Shown piece after piece: positions 9,445 to 19,613 of a stretch of DNA of 64,000 bases (the first letter of the stretch is position 1; the number at the start of each line of letters is the position of its first letter). The notes beneath the pieces are model-generated. The model ran no database searches and had not been told where the DNA came from. It saw only the letters and a program-made list of their open reading frames with translations. A program made the position numbers and the translations under genes. This stretch comes from Geopsychrobacteraceae bacterium. GTDB taxonomy: Bacteria > Desulfobacterota > Desulfuromonadia > Desulfuromonadales > Geopsychrobacteraceae. The stretch covers positions 1,600,001 through 1,664,000 of the forward strand of contig OY759353.1 in assembly GCA_963662315.1 (NCBI GenBank). Direction: 5' to 3'.

Positions 9445-10182
9445 TCAGCCTACCGCACCATATATCTGACGAATTTCCCGGGTATAATTGCGCGCTGCAG
9501 AGGAGCCTTCATAAATATACAGAGGGGTAGACACTTCAAGCCCTACCTTCCCACCCTTACGCGCTTCAACCATCACCAACTTCGCGGAACTGCCAAAATA
9601 AGAATGTATTGTCCTCAAACGTTTAGGTTGCAGTCCATGCATAATCAATGTACTGAACAATTCAGCCAGGCGCTCCGCTAGATATATAATGGCGAAACGG
9701 CCCCCTTGAGCCAAACTGAACTTTGCTGCGCCAATAAAATCCGGCAAGCCGCCAGCCAGTTCGTGTCTGGCCATGGCGCGCTCACTATTCGGTGCAATAC
9801 GCCCGCCGTCAGCCGGTCGAAACGGCGGATTACTCACGACCAGTTTACAACTTTCCGGCTGAAGATATGTATTAATATTCCGCACATCCCCCAGAATAAT
9901 CATTATTCTGTCTGACAGCCCGTTCAAAGCAACATTGCGCTGGGCTCGCTCTGCCATAGCACTCTGAAGTTCAATACCGGTGATGCATGACACACCGTAC
10001 ATCCTGGCAAGCAGAAGCGGCAGAATCCCGCTCCCGGTACCAAGATCAAGCACAATATCATCACTTTGCGGCTTGACAAAGCTGGCCAGCAAAATCGGAT
10101 CTAAAGAATAGCGATAACCTGAAACCGACTGATACAATTTCAGGCCACCAATAGATAAATCATCAAGTGTCTCGTTCGCCAT
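9445..10182 (-). CDS. tRNA1(Val) adenine37-N6 methyltransferase family
   Basis: GYRYSLDPILLA, LDLGTGSG, NPPF, ARHE; start codon uncertain (10182-10194). Confidence 0.88.
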   Translation of the reverse strand: MANETLDDLSIGGLKLYQSVSGYRYSLDPILLASFVKPQSDDIVLDLGTGSGILPLLLARMYGVSCITGIELQSAMAERAQRNVALNGLSDRIMIILGDVRNINTYLQPESCKLVVSNPPFRPADGGRIAPNSERAMARHELAGGLPDFIGAAKFSLAQGGRFAIIYLAERLAELFSTLIMHGLQPKRLRTIHSYFGSSAKLVMVEARKGGKVGLEVSTPLYIYEGSSAARNYTREIRQIYGAVG

Positions 10183-10198
10183 CGTCATTTCCATACCA

Positions 10199-10233
10199 AT
10201 AAAAAATGCCAGCCTGAAATCCAGACTGGCATT
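10199..10233 (-). terminator. Intrinsic terminator after the cytochrome c gene
   Basis: Minus strand AATGCCAGTCTG-loop-CAGGCTGGCATT followed by TTTT. Confidence 0.75.
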
Positions 10234-10256
10234 AGAAAAAACTATAGACGTAAAAA

Positions 10257-10571
10257 CTATTTTACGTGACATTCCTTACACTTGGTTGGACCTTTTTTCT
10301 TTTCTTTATGGCAATCCTTACAGTTTTTGTGGAAAGCGTCCTTGGCTTTAGGAGCTTTTGCTCCATCATGGCAACTTTTACACGCAGCCTGGTCACCGCT
10401 GTGATGGCAGGTCACACAGTCGGTAATTCCTTGGTGTGCTTCGTGATTAAAGGTCACAGTACCCATCTTGACGTCAAATTTGACTTCTGCAGGACCTTTG
10501 TCTGCAGCAACAGCAATAAAAGCGGAACCGACAATTGCAAAAACAGCCATCAATACGAGAAACTTCTTCAT
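10257..10571 (-). CDS. Small periplasmic tetraheme cytochrome c (c3/c7 class III family)
   Basis: Signal peptide; four CxxCH motifs (CVTCH, CKSCH, CKDCH, CKECH); F-x-H-x-x-H; GPTKC C-terminus. Confidence 0.92.
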   Translation of the reverse strand: MKKFLVLMAVFAIVGSAFIAVAADKGPAEVKFDVKMGTVTFNHEAHQGITDCVTCHHSGDQAACKSCHDGAKAPKAKDAFHKNCKDCHKEKKKGPTKCKECHVK

Positions 10572-10691
10572 TCTTCTCCTCCCAAATAAACGAAAGTTAG
10601 GTGAACCCGCTCTGAAATTAAAGCAGATGACGAGCGAAAGTCAATCAAATTATATATTCAGATTGTATATTGTATACAAAATCGACAATAT

Positions 10692-11216
10692 TCAGGCCAG
10701 CCCATCGGCCCGCAGTTTTTCCTGCAGTTTCTCAGACTTTGTCACGACTCCGGCTGCCATATCTGCCTTAAAAGCAACCAGCTTTTCAGCCAGGTCCGCA
10801 TTTTCCGTAGACATCATCTGTACAGCAAAAATACCGGCATTGCGAGCACCCGCCGCGCCGATAGCCATGGTGGCAACCGGAATTCCTGCTGGCATCTGGA
10901 CCATTGCCAACAAAGCATCCAGCCCCTGAAGAGACGTGGCGTCAATCGGAACGGCGATCACTGGAAGGGTGGTTTCTGCTGCGATGACACCTGCCAGATG
11001 AGCAGCCGCCCCGGCTCCGGCGATCAAAACCTTGATACCACGATTCCGTGCCTCTTTTACATAAGAAGCTGTACGCTCAGGAGTGCGGTGCGCACTGGAA
11101 ACGATCATTTCGAAAGGAACTTCAAATTGCTTCAGAACCTTGCCGGTTTCGATCATAATACTGTAGTCATTGTCACTACCCATGACAATACCGACCAGCG
11201 GTTTTGTTTCTGACAT
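10692..11216 (-). CDS. purE: N5-CAIR mutase
   Basis: MGSDND, SAHRTP, AGAGAAAHLAG, QMPAGIPVAT. Confidence 0.97.
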   Translation of the reverse strand: MSETKPLVGIVMGSDNDYSIMIETGKVLKQFEVPFEMIVSSAHRTPERTASYVKEARNRGIKVLIAGAGAAAHLAGVIAAETTLPVIAVPIDATSLQGLDALLAMVQMPAGIPVATMAIGAAGARNAGIFAVQMMSTENADLAEKLVAFKADMAAGVVTKSEKLQEKLRADGLA

Positions 11217-11297
11217 AATTTCTTCCTTTATACAACTTTCCCGACCAGAAAAACCAAACATGACATCGGAAAATAATCAATCAGATGTTGCTTTAAA

Positions 11298-12569
11298 TTA
11301 ACGGTTAAGGGCCTTGGCCCCGATATCATTACGAAAGTGAACATCCTGCCAAGTAATCAAATTAGCCCCCTTATAAGCTTGATCAATCGCTTCCTTGACA
11401 GTTGCTCCCAAAGCAGTTACCCCGAGAACGCGGCCACCATTATTGACAACAATCCCATCCTTGAGGGTTGTACCCGCATGAAAAACCATCAGATCATCCA
11501 ATCCGGCAGCGGCCTCAAGACCACTGATGGGCAATCCTTTTTCAAAATTGGCTGGATAACCACCGCTGGCCATAACCACGCAAACTGCAGCCTTATCATG
11601 CCATTCGATCGAATCCTGACTCAGCTCGCCGCGCGCACAAGCCTGCAATACCGGAACAATATCAGACTTCATACGCATCAGCAAAGGTTGCGCTTCCGGA
11701 TCACCAAAGCGGGCATTATACTCAACGACACGCGGTATGCCGTCCTTGATCATCAAACCAACATAAAGAATACCGCTGTAAGGACAGCCGTCTTTTTCCA
11801 TTCCTTCAATCGTCGGCCGCACAATCGTATCAACAATAATCCGGTAAAGGTCATCGGTAACAACCGGAGCGGGGGAATATGCGCCCATCCCTCCAGTATT
11901 CGGCCCTTCATCGTTATCGAAAACACGCTTGTGATCCTGAGACGATGCCAGGGGTAAAATATTCTTACCATCGGTAAAGGCAAAGAAGGAGGCTTCCTCC
12001 CCTTCCATAAATTCTTCAATAACGACACTGGCACCGGCTGCGCCAAAAATTTTGTCCTGCATAATATCATCAACTGCGGCAATAGCTTCGGCAACAGTCA
12101 TTGCGACCACCACTCCTTTGCCAGCTGCCAGGCCGTCGGCCTTGACAACAATAGGAGCCCCCTGCTCTTTGATATAAGCAACTGCGGCAGCATGATCCGT
12201 AAAGGTTGCGTAAGCGGCGGTCGGAATCCCGTGCCGAGCCATCAGATCCTTAGAAAAACCTTTGCTCCCTTCGATCTGGGCAGCGGCCTTGCTGGGGCCA
12301 AATATTTCCAGCCCGGCGGCTTTAAAGCTATCGACGATACCCATTGTAAGCGGAATTTCCGGGCCGACCACAGTCAGGTCAATCTTTTCAGCACTGGCGA
12401 AATCGAGCAGCGCATCAATTTCATCGACACCAATATGAACACAGTCGGCTATTTCTGCAATACCAGGATTGCCCGGCGCACAATAAACCTGAGAAACCAG
12501 GGGAGATTGTGAAATCTTCCAGACCAGGGCGTGTTCACGCCCGCCACCACCGACGACCAGTATTTTCAT
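11298..12569 (-). CDS. purD: Phosphoribosylamine--glycine ligase
   Basis: GGGGREHAL, KADGLAAGKGV, QDHKR, GPNTGGMG, EYNARFGDPE. Confidence 0.98.
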   Translation of the reverse strand: MKILVVGGGGREHALVWKISQSPLVSQVYCAPGNPGIAEIADCVHIGVDEIDALLDFASAEKIDLTVVGPEIPLTMGIVDSFKAAGLEIFGPSKAAAQIEGSKGFSKDLMARHGIPTAAYATFTDHAAAVAYIKEQGAPIVVKADGLAAGKGVVVAMTVAEAIAAVDDIMQDKIFGAAGASVVIEEFMEGEEASFFAFTDGKNILPLASSQDHKRVFDNDEGPNTGGMGAYSPAPVVTDDLYRIIVDTIVRPTIEGMEKDGCPYSGILYVGLMIKDGIPRVVEYNARFGDPEAQPLLMRMKSDIVPVLQACARGELSQDSIEWHDKAAVCVVMASGGYPANFEKGLPISGLEAAAGLDDLMVFHAGTTLKDGIVVNNGGRVLGVTALGATVKEAIDQAYKGANLITWQDVHFRNDIGAKALNR

Positions 12570-12647
12570 TCTTCAACCTTTCAACGGAACACTGCGGCAA
12601 AACGCCTGCCGCATCCTACCGCAGTATTAACATCATTCAGCACTATT

Positions 12648-14213
12648 TTAGTGGCGGAAATGCCTCATTCCGGTAAAGACCATGGCGATCCCCGCTTCAT
12701 CTGCAGCGGCAATGACCTCTTCATCGCGAATCGATCCACCAGGTTGTATCACCGCAGTAATACCTGCGGAGGCGGCATTGTCAATCCCGTCCCGGAAGGG
12801 GAAAAACGCGTCAGAAGCCATTGCCGCGCCGTTGACTTCAAGCCCGGCATGCTCAGCCTTAATAGCAGCGATACGTGCCGAATTGACCCGGCTCATCTGA
12901 CCGGCTCCGACACCGATGGTCATCCCGTCTTTGCCATAAACAATAGCATTGGACTTGACAAACTTGGCAACCCGCCAGACAAATTCAAGGTCTTCACGCT
13001 CTTTGTCAGAAGGGGCGCGCTTGGTGACGACTTTCCAATCGGCACTCAGGGAAAGATCTGTATCCTGAACCAACAGTCCGCCATTGACCCGCTTAAAATC
13101 GTAGCGCTGTCCAGCCTGAGAATCCCACTCACCACACTCAAGCAGGCGGACATTCTTCTTGGCAGCAACGATTTCAGATGCTTCCGTGGAAACCCGTGGT
13201 GCAATGATGACCTCAACAAACTGCTTATCAACAATAGCCTTGGCTGTTGCTGCATCGAGTTCGCAATTAAAGGCAATGATCCCACCAAAAGCTGACTCAG
13301 GGTCGGTGGAGAAGGCACGTTCATAAGCTTCCAGAAGATTGGCCCCGGTTGCCACGCCACAAGGGTTAGCGTGTTTTACGATGACACAGGCGGCACCGTC
13401 ATTGAACTGCTTGACACATTCCAGTGCAGCATCGGTATCGCCAATGTTATTGTAGGACAGTTCCTTGCCCTGTAACTGGCGGGCCGTTGCAATGGAGGCT
13501 TCCTGGATATTTTTCTCTACGTAAAAAGCAGCCTTTTGATGAGGATTTTCACCATAACGCATCCCTTGGGCCTTATGAAACTGCAAGGACAAGGTTGGCG
13601 GAAAATCCTGATTATCCACACCAACCCGACGCCCGAGCCAGTTGGAGATGGCGCCATCATAAGCGGCCGTATGCTGATAAACTTTGACCGCCAACTCAAA
13701 GTTGGTTTTTTCCGAAACCTCACCGCTGCCCTGCTTCATCTCATCAATGACTTTTTCATAGTCATCGGGATCAACCAGGACCGTAACAAATTTGTTGTTC
13801 TTTGCGGCACTGCGCAACATGGTTGGACCACCGATATCGATATTCTCGATGGCATCTTCAAGGCTGCAACCGCTCTTGGCAACGGTCGCCTCAAAAGGGT
13901 AAAGATTAACAACCACCATATCAATAGGCTCAATGCTATGCTTAGCCATGGCATTGACATGCTCAGGGTTATCACGCAAGCCCAGCAGAGCACCGTGAAC
14001 CTTGGGGTGCAGAGTCTTGACTCGTCCGTCCATCATCTCCGGGAAACCGGTATATTCAGAAACGTCCATAACCGGAATGCCGGCATCACGGATCAATTTG
14101 GCGGTTCCACCGGTTGACAGCAGTTCGACACCAAAACTGTTCAATTCGCGAGCAAGATCAAGCACGCCCGTTTTGTCTGATACTGAAATAAGTGCACGCT
14201 TAATGGCTGGCAT
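12648..14213 (-). CDS. purH: Bifunctional AICAR transformylase/IMP cyclohydrolase
   Basis: [45 protein letters not shown]. Confidence 0.98.
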   Translation of the reverse strand: MPAIKRALISVSDKTGVLDLARELNSFGVELLSTGGTAKLIRDAGIPVMDVSEYTGFPEMMDGRVKTLHPKVHGALLGLRDNPEHVNAMAKHSIEPIDMVVVNLYPFEATVAKSGCSLEDAIENIDIGGPTMLRSAAKNNKFVTVLVDPDDYEKVIDEMKQGSGEVSEKTNFELAVKVYQHTAAYDGAISNWLGRRVGVDNQDFPPTLSLQFHKAQGMRYGENPHQKAAFYVEKNIQEASIATARQLQGKELSYNNIGDTDAALECVKQFNDGAACVIVKHANPCGVATGANLLEAYERAFSTDPESAFGGIIAFNCELDAATAKAIVDKQFVEVIIAPRVSTEASEIVAAKKNVRLLECGEWDSQAGQRYDFKRVNGGLLVQDTDLSLSADWKVVTKRAPSDKEREDLEFVWRVAKFVKSNAIVYGKDGMTIGVGAGQMSRVNSARIAAIKAEHAGLEVNGAAMASDAFFPFRDGIDNAASAGITAVIQPGGSIRDEEVIAAADEAGIAMVFTGMRHFRH

Positions 14214-14490
14214 AAGCGACCTTCCTTTCCTTTTCTCTTCTGGGGAATATAAGTCCAATGAAAAGCTAAGACTGCCACCCAAGGTCTGCGGCGGTCCAGA
14301 TGCTAGTATAATTTCTGATATATTAAATTTAAGAAGAACCTGCTGGATTTATCTATCTTTTGCGTCTCTGCAAAGAATGATCAAGGGAACAACTCTCTCA
14401 GTGCAGCGCCTTGATATTCATACAATCCGTTTAAAAACGCACCTTTTAGCACGTTTAACAAATACTGACAACCGCTTTTGGCCAATCTCA

Positions 14491-15621
14491 TTACGATTCC
14501 AGATAACGTCTCGGTACCCGACTGCCAATGCGACAGAACACCTCGTAGGAAATTGTTCCTAGCTGCTCGGCCCACTCATCGCCCAGAATAGCCAAGCCAT
14601 CAGCCTCTCCCAGCAGAGTGACACAGTCACCGATAGCCACATCCGGCACTGCGGTCACGTCGATCATAATCCAGTCCATGCAGACGCGTCCGGTAATTGT
14701 GACTTCCTGCCCGCGGATGATAGCCCGGCCACAGCTACTGAAAAGACGATTATAACCATCCGCATAGCCGATGGGCAATACAGCAATCTTAACATCAGCT
14801 TCGGCAACAAAAGTATGTCCGTAAGAAACCGCAGTTCCTGCCGGCAACTGGCGCAACTGAGCGACCCGGGTACGTAAATGCATCACCGGACGCAAATCCA
14901 GCCGCGCGGCAAAATCAGGGCTAGGCAATCCGCCATATAACATGATCCCGGGGCGGAACAGCGTACACTCGGTTAATTTCCAGCCCGTCAATCCGGCACT
15001 GTTTCCCAGATGAACATCCCGCGGCTCAATTCCGGCAGCCCGGACCATTGCCAACATATCTTTGAAGTTATCATACTGAACCTCGGTCAGCGAACACGCC
15101 AACTCGTCGGCACGAGCCAGATGAGACATGAAACCGACAACCTGCAGGTTCGTCATTGTCTTTAACTGGGGCAAAAAATCCCGCAATTCATCTTTACGGA
15201 ACCCGACCCGACCCATGCCACTATCAACTTTAAGATGGACCTCAAGCTGAAGACCTTTTTGCCGTGCCACCGAATCAAGGCGCCCAGCGGTTGCGCTGTC
15301 AAGCAGCGCCGGCTGCAGACGATAGACAATAAACGCCTCTTCCTGTCCAGGGAAACACCCCCCCAGAACCAACAGCGCCCCTTCCAAACCAGCCTCACGC
15401 AGAGCAATCGCCTCCCCCAAGGTTGCCACAGCATAATCAGTGACACCCCAGCGCTGCAGAGCGAGGCCCAAGGGTATCGCACCATGACCATAGGCATCAG
15501 CCTTGATTACCGCCAGCAAGCGTTGATGATCAAGGCAGTATTTACGGGCCTGTTCAAGGTTATGCCTGAACGCGTCGAGGTCAATTTCAGCCCAGGTCGG
15601 ACGATCAACAAACTGGTTCAT
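14491..15621 (-). CDS. alr: Alanine racemase
   Basis: AVIKADAYGHG PLP-lysine motif, HLKVDSGMGRVG, GYADG, GRVCMD. Confidence 0.97.
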   Translation of the reverse strand: MNQFVDRPTWAEIDLDAFRHNLEQARKYCLDHQRLLAVIKADAYGHGAIPLGLALQRWGVTDYAVATLGEAIALREAGLEGALLVLGGCFPGQEEAFIVYRLQPALLDSATAGRLDSVARQKGLQLEVHLKVDSGMGRVGFRKDELRDFLPQLKTMTNLQVVGFMSHLARADELACSLTEVQYDNFKDMLAMVRAAGIEPRDVHLGNSAGLTGWKLTECTLFRPGIMLYGGLPSPDFAARLDLRPVMHLRTRVAQLRQLPAGTAVSYGHTFVAEADVKIAVLPIGYADGYNRLFSSCGRAIIRGQEVTITGRVCMDWIMIDVTAVPDVAIGDCVTLLGEADGLAILGDEWAEQLGTISYEVFCRIGSRVPRRYLES

Positions 15622-15730
15622 ACGCTACGTACCCTTCAATCATAAAAAGCAAGAGATAACGGTAAAGTGTCTGTTAATACATATACCTCCACAAGACGAG
15701 AGTAAAGCAGCAAAAGCCCAATGAGATTAA

Positions 15731-15759
15731 TTGACACCAAGGATTCATACTGGTAAAGT
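15731..15759 (+). promoter_or_regulatory. Sigma70-type promoter for thiDE-thiC
   Basis: TTGACA-17 bp-TAAAGT with an extended -10 TG. Confidence 0.65.
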
Positions 15760-15870
15760 TTTGCAGTGATTGTCTTTTTTTCATTCTAACTTTTTAAGTT
15801 ATTATCCCGGCGACAATCCTCACCTACTAACCTATGGTCTTATCCAAATGAATGCAGGGGGATACGGTTC

Positions 15871-17301
15871 ATGATATCCGGACTATACCTTATCACTGAC
15901 AACAATGATGATGGTCGACTGTTAGACAAAGTAGCCTTGGCATTGACTGGTGGCGTCAAAATTGTCCAGTACCGGGCCAAGGATATCCGTCCGGAAGAGC
16001 GCCGCAGCATGGCTCAGAGCCTCAGAGATTTATGTCGCCAAAATGATGCCTTGTTCATCATCAATGACTTTCCCGAACTTGCCCGTGAGGTCGATGCCGA
16101 TGGCGTCCACCTTGGTCAGGACGATATGCCGGCGGTTGAAGCCAGACAGATTATGGGGCGCAACAAACTGATCGGTATTTCTTCACATAATGTTGAAGAA
16201 GCTCTTAAAGCCGAAGCCCAGGGTGCTGACTATATTGCGATCGGATCAATCTTCCCCACCGGTACCAAATCGGACACCACCGAAGTTGGCCTAAAAATGC
16301 TTAAAAAGGTGCGCAAAGCCGTCAGAGTACCACTGGTTGCCATTGGTGGAATTACACCTGCGGGAGGATTCGATGCTCTTGAAGCTGGCGCTGACTCCAT
16401 TGCCGTTATCTCAGGCATCATGGCCGACAGCAACCCGGCACGAGCCGCCAAAGAGTATTCACTGCTGTTCAACCGTCACAAGCCATACCCTAACGGCAAA
16501 GTACTGACCATCGCCGGATCGGACTCTGGAGGTGGTGCGGGAATACAGGCTGACATCAAAACCATTACCCTGCTTGGCAGCTATGCCAGCAGCGTATTAA
16601 CGGCATTGACCGCACAGAACACCCTTGGCGTACAGGAAACCTATGCCGTTTATACCGATTTTGTAGAAAAGCAACTCACTGCCGTCCTTGACGATATCGG
16701 TACCGACACGGTGAAAACCGGCATGCTCAGCTGGGGAGGAATTGTCAACCGGGTGGCCAAAGTCATTGAATCACGCTCACTGCTGGCAGTTGTTGACCCG
16801 GTCATGGTTGCTAAAGGGGGCGAATCACTGCTCGACCGCGAAGCCCATGACAGCCTGATTTCACGCTTATTGCCTCAGTCATATCTGATGACGCCCAACC
16901 TGCCGGAAATTGAAGCACTGACCGGCATTGATCCACAGTCGGTTCCCGAAATGATTGAGGCTGGACGTCAGCTGCAGGAACTCGGCGCCCGCAATGTCCT
17001 GGTAAAAGGTGGCCATTTAAGTGCTGAAGCCACGGATATCCTGCTGATCGGAAACGAGGTCTTTGAAATGACGGCGCAACGTTTCGAAACTGTCAACACT
17101 CATGGCACCGGTTGTACCTTATCCTCGGCCATCGCCACCTTCCTGGCCCAGGGCTACCCTCTTCAGCGTGCAGTAGAACGTTCCAAGCGGTTTATATCTC
17201 TGGCAATTCAGAACTCGGTACAACTAGGCCACGGTCACGGCCCGGTCAATCATTTCCAGGCGGCAATGCAACTCTTGCATGAGAACCCATCTATAGATTA
17301 A
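15871..17301 (+). CDS. thiDE: Fused thiamine-phosphate synthase (ThiE)/HMP-P kinase (ThiD)
   Basis: N-terminal GLYLITD, IIND, GVHLGQDD, AIGGIT; C-terminal AGSDSGGGAGIQAD, DPVM, HGTGCT. Confidence 0.95.
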   Translation: MISGLYLITDNNDDGRLLDKVALALTGGVKIVQYRAKDIRPEERRSMAQSLRDLCRQNDALFIINDFPELAREVDADGVHLGQDDMPAVEARQIMGRNKLIGISSHNVEEALKAEAQGADYIAIGSIFPTGTKSDTTEVGLKMLKKVRKAVRVPLVAIGGITPAGGFDALEAGADSIAVISGIMADSNPARAAKEYSLLFNRHKPYPNGKVLTIAGSDSGGGAGIQADIKTITLLGSYASSVLTALTAQNTLGVQETYAVYTDFVEKQLTAVLDDIGTDTVKTGMLSWGGIVNRVAKVIESRSLLAVVDPVMVAKGGESLLDREAHDSLISRLLPQSYLMTPNLPEIEALTGIDPQSVPEMIEAGRQLQELGARNVLVKGGHLSAEATDILLIGNEVFEMTAQRFETVNTHGTGCTLSSAIATFLAQGYPLQRAVERSKRFISLAIQNSVQLGHGHGPVNHFQAAMQLLHENPSID

Positions 17302-17340
17302 GATACCCGCTGATTATTATAACCATTGTTTCTTTCAACT

Positions 17341-17377
17341 GCAGCGCAGATGCCGCAAGGTGTCGGGCGCTGCTTTA
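17341..17377 (+). terminator. GNRA-capped hairpin between thiDE and thiC (weak terminator or stabiliser)
   Basis: GCAGCGC-AGATGCC-gcaa-GGTGTC-GG-GCGCTGC then TTTA. Confidence 0.4.
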
Positions 17378-17398
17378 TTCTGTGTAAGGAATACCGTA

Positions 17399-18697
17399 AT
17401 GACTCAGCTTGAAATGGCCCGCCAGGGACAGATCAGTGACCTGATGCGCGAAGCCGCTGCAGCCGAAAATATTGATCCAGAAATCCTGCGTCAAAAAATC
17501 GCTGCCGGTACTGCCGTAATTTGCCGCAACAACAAACATACTCATGGCCGCGCTCTTGCTGTTGGGGAAGGGCTTCGGACCAAAGTCAACGCCAATATCG
17601 GGACCAGCGGCGATGACACCAGTATCGATAAAGAACTGGAAAAAGCCAAGGTTGCAGCAGCAGCTGGCGCAGACGCCCTGATGGACTTATCGACAGGAGG
17701 TCCCATCGACGAAATCCGGGCCGCGATCATTGCAGAGACCGATCTGTGTATCGGCAGCGTTCCCCTTTATCAGGCCGCCTGTGATGCCGTCCTGAAACAG
17801 GGCAAGCCGATTGTTGACATGAGTGTTGAAGATATTTTCGCCGGAGTCAAAAAACATCTCGACGACGGGGTTGATTTCATCACTGTTCACTGTGGTGTAA
17901 CCCGTGAAACCGTCAGCCGCATGGACAAAGAAGGACGTCTCATGGAAGTTGTCTCCCGTGGTGGATCATTCACCGTTGAGTGGATGTCCTACAATAACGC
18001 CGAGAACCCACTCTATGAGTATTTTGACCGCCTGCTCGAACTGGTGCGTCCCTACGATGCCGTTCTCTCTCTGGGGGACGGGTTCCGTCCCGGTTGCCTG
18101 GCTGACGCCACCGACCGCGCCCAGGTTCAGGAACTGATCATTCTCGGCGAACTGACCCAACGTGCCCAGGCTGCCGGCATCCAGGTCATGATTGAAGGTC
18201 CGGGACATGTCCCCTACAACCAAATTGAAGCCAATATGAAGCTGCAGAAGCGACTGTGTCACGGGGCTCCATTTTACGTTCTGGGACCACTGGTTACCGA
18301 TATCGCACCAGGATACGACCACATCACCTCGGCTATTGGTGGGACATTAGCTGCCGCCGCCGGCGCCGACTTCCTGTGTTATGTTACCCCAAGCGAACAC
18401 TTGCGCCTGCCGACAATAGAAGACGTCCATGAAGGGGTTATGGCTTCACGGATTGCAGCTCATGCCGCTGACATTGTCAAAGGCATTCCCGGTGCCATTG
18501 AAAAAGACAACGCCATGGCCGTTGCCCGTAAAAAACTCGACTGGCAAGGTCAGTTTGACGTTGCCATCGACCCCGAGAAAGCACGCCGCCTAAGAGCCGA
18601 GTCCGGTGTTGATGAAGAACATGGCGCCTGCACCATGTGCGGAGCCCTGTGTGCTTATAAAGTTATGAACGAAAGAAAAGACAAACCCGCCAACTGA
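17399..18697 (+). CDS. thiC: Phosphomethylpyrimidine synthase (short ThiC family)
   Basis: KVNANIGTS, MDLSTGG, SRGGS, SLGDGFRPG, EGPGH, EHL, CTMCGALC; follows thiDE. Confidence 0.92.
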   Translation: MTQLEMARQGQISDLMREAAAAENIDPEILRQKIAAGTAVICRNNKHTHGRALAVGEGLRTKVNANIGTSGDDTSIDKELEKAKVAAAAGADALMDLSTGGPIDEIRAAIIAETDLCIGSVPLYQAACDAVLKQGKPIVDMSVEDIFAGVKKHLDDGVDFITVHCGVTRETVSRMDKEGRLMEVVSRGGSFTVEWMSYNNAENPLYEYFDRLLELVRPYDAVLSLGDGFRPGCLADATDRAQVQELIILGELTQRAQAAGIQVMIEGPGHVPYNQIEANMKLQKRLCHGAPFYVLGPLVTDIAPGYDHITSAIGGTLAAAAGADFLCYVTPSEHLRLPTIEDVHEGVMASRIAAHAADIVKGIPGAIEKDNAMAVARKKLDWQGQFDVAIDPEKARRLRAESGVDEEHGACTMCGALCAYKVMNERKDKPAN

Positions 18698-18808
18698 AAA
18701 AGTTGCCGTCCCCTGATACCGGGGCGACAATCTGCCGTTTTTTTTAGCAATCTTGTGGATCCACTGCACCGGGAAACCTATCCCGGTGCTTTTACAGGAG
18801 GACCGCCG

Positions 18809-19600
18809 ATGAGTGCGAAAAGAATCACCCGTCCCCGTCGCAAGCCAAAAATCAAACTGCGCGGTTTCAATAACCTGACCAAAAGTCTCACTTTCAATAT
18901 CTACGATGTCTGTTATGCTCAAAGGCCCGAAGCCCGGGCTGAATATCTTGAATATATTGACGAAGAATATAATGCTGAGCGCCTGACCCGAATCCTCACT
19001 GAAGTCGCCGATATCATCGGTGCCAATATTCTGAATATTTCCAGTCAGGACTACGATCCAATGGGAGCATCTGTCACCATCCTGATTGCAGAAGAGCCGA
19101 TCGAACCCAAGCCGGATATCGTGCTGGCCCACCTCGACAAAAGCCATTTGTGTATCCATACCTACCCCGAAACCGACTCTAAATCCGGGGTCTCTACCTT
19201 CAGGGTTGATATCGATGTCTCCACCTGCGGCAAAATCAGCCCTCTTAAGGCATTGAATCACCTGATCAGTTCATTTGAGTCGGATATCGTATTAATGGAC
19301 TACAAAGTACGAGGATTCACCCGCGACGTTCAAGGGAAAAAGCACTTCATCGATCACCGTATCCACAGTATTCAGCAATACATCCGTAAAGATATGCGTG
19401 AACGGTATCAATGTGTCGATATCAACATTTACCAGGAAAACCTGTTCCACACAAAAATGTTGCTCAAGGACTTTGACCTAAACCAGTACCTGTTCTCAAC
19501 CACTTTTGACGAACTGACCGATGACGAGCGAAGCAGGATTAAACAGATTCTCGAACAGGAAATGACCGAGATTTTCTATTCACAGAACATCTACCAATAA
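18809..19600 (+). CDS. speD: S-adenosylmethionine decarboxylase proenzyme (E. coli-like long class)
   Basis: [15 protein letters not shown]-x-CIHTYPE pyruvoyl cleavage site, DVSTCG, DY-x-VRGFTRD. Confidence 0.93.
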   Translation: MSAKRITRPRRKPKIKLRGFNNLTKSLTFNIYDVCYAQRPEARAEYLEYIDEEYNAERLTRILTEVADIIGANILNISSQDYDPMGASVTILIAEEPIEPKPDIVLAHLDKSHLCIHTYPETDSKSGVSTFRVDIDVSTCGKISPLKALNHLISSFESDIVLMDYKVRGFTRDVQGKKHFIDHRIHSIQQYIRKDMRERYQCVDINIYQENLFHTKMLLKDFDLNQYLFSTTFDELTDDERSRIKQILEQEMTEIFYSQNIYQ

Positions 19601-19613
19601 CAAGGCCGAGGCC

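Noticed and set aside
14214..14340. Possible ZMP/ZTP riboswitch before purH
   Set aside because: Only a weak hairpin; the GACUGGCG and CGCCUGGGC pseudoknot elements are not visible
15777..15792. 16-nt exact match TTTTTCATTCTAACTT also at 41678-41693
   Set aside because: One AT-rich 16-mer match in 64 kb is expected by chance, and the contexts are unrelated
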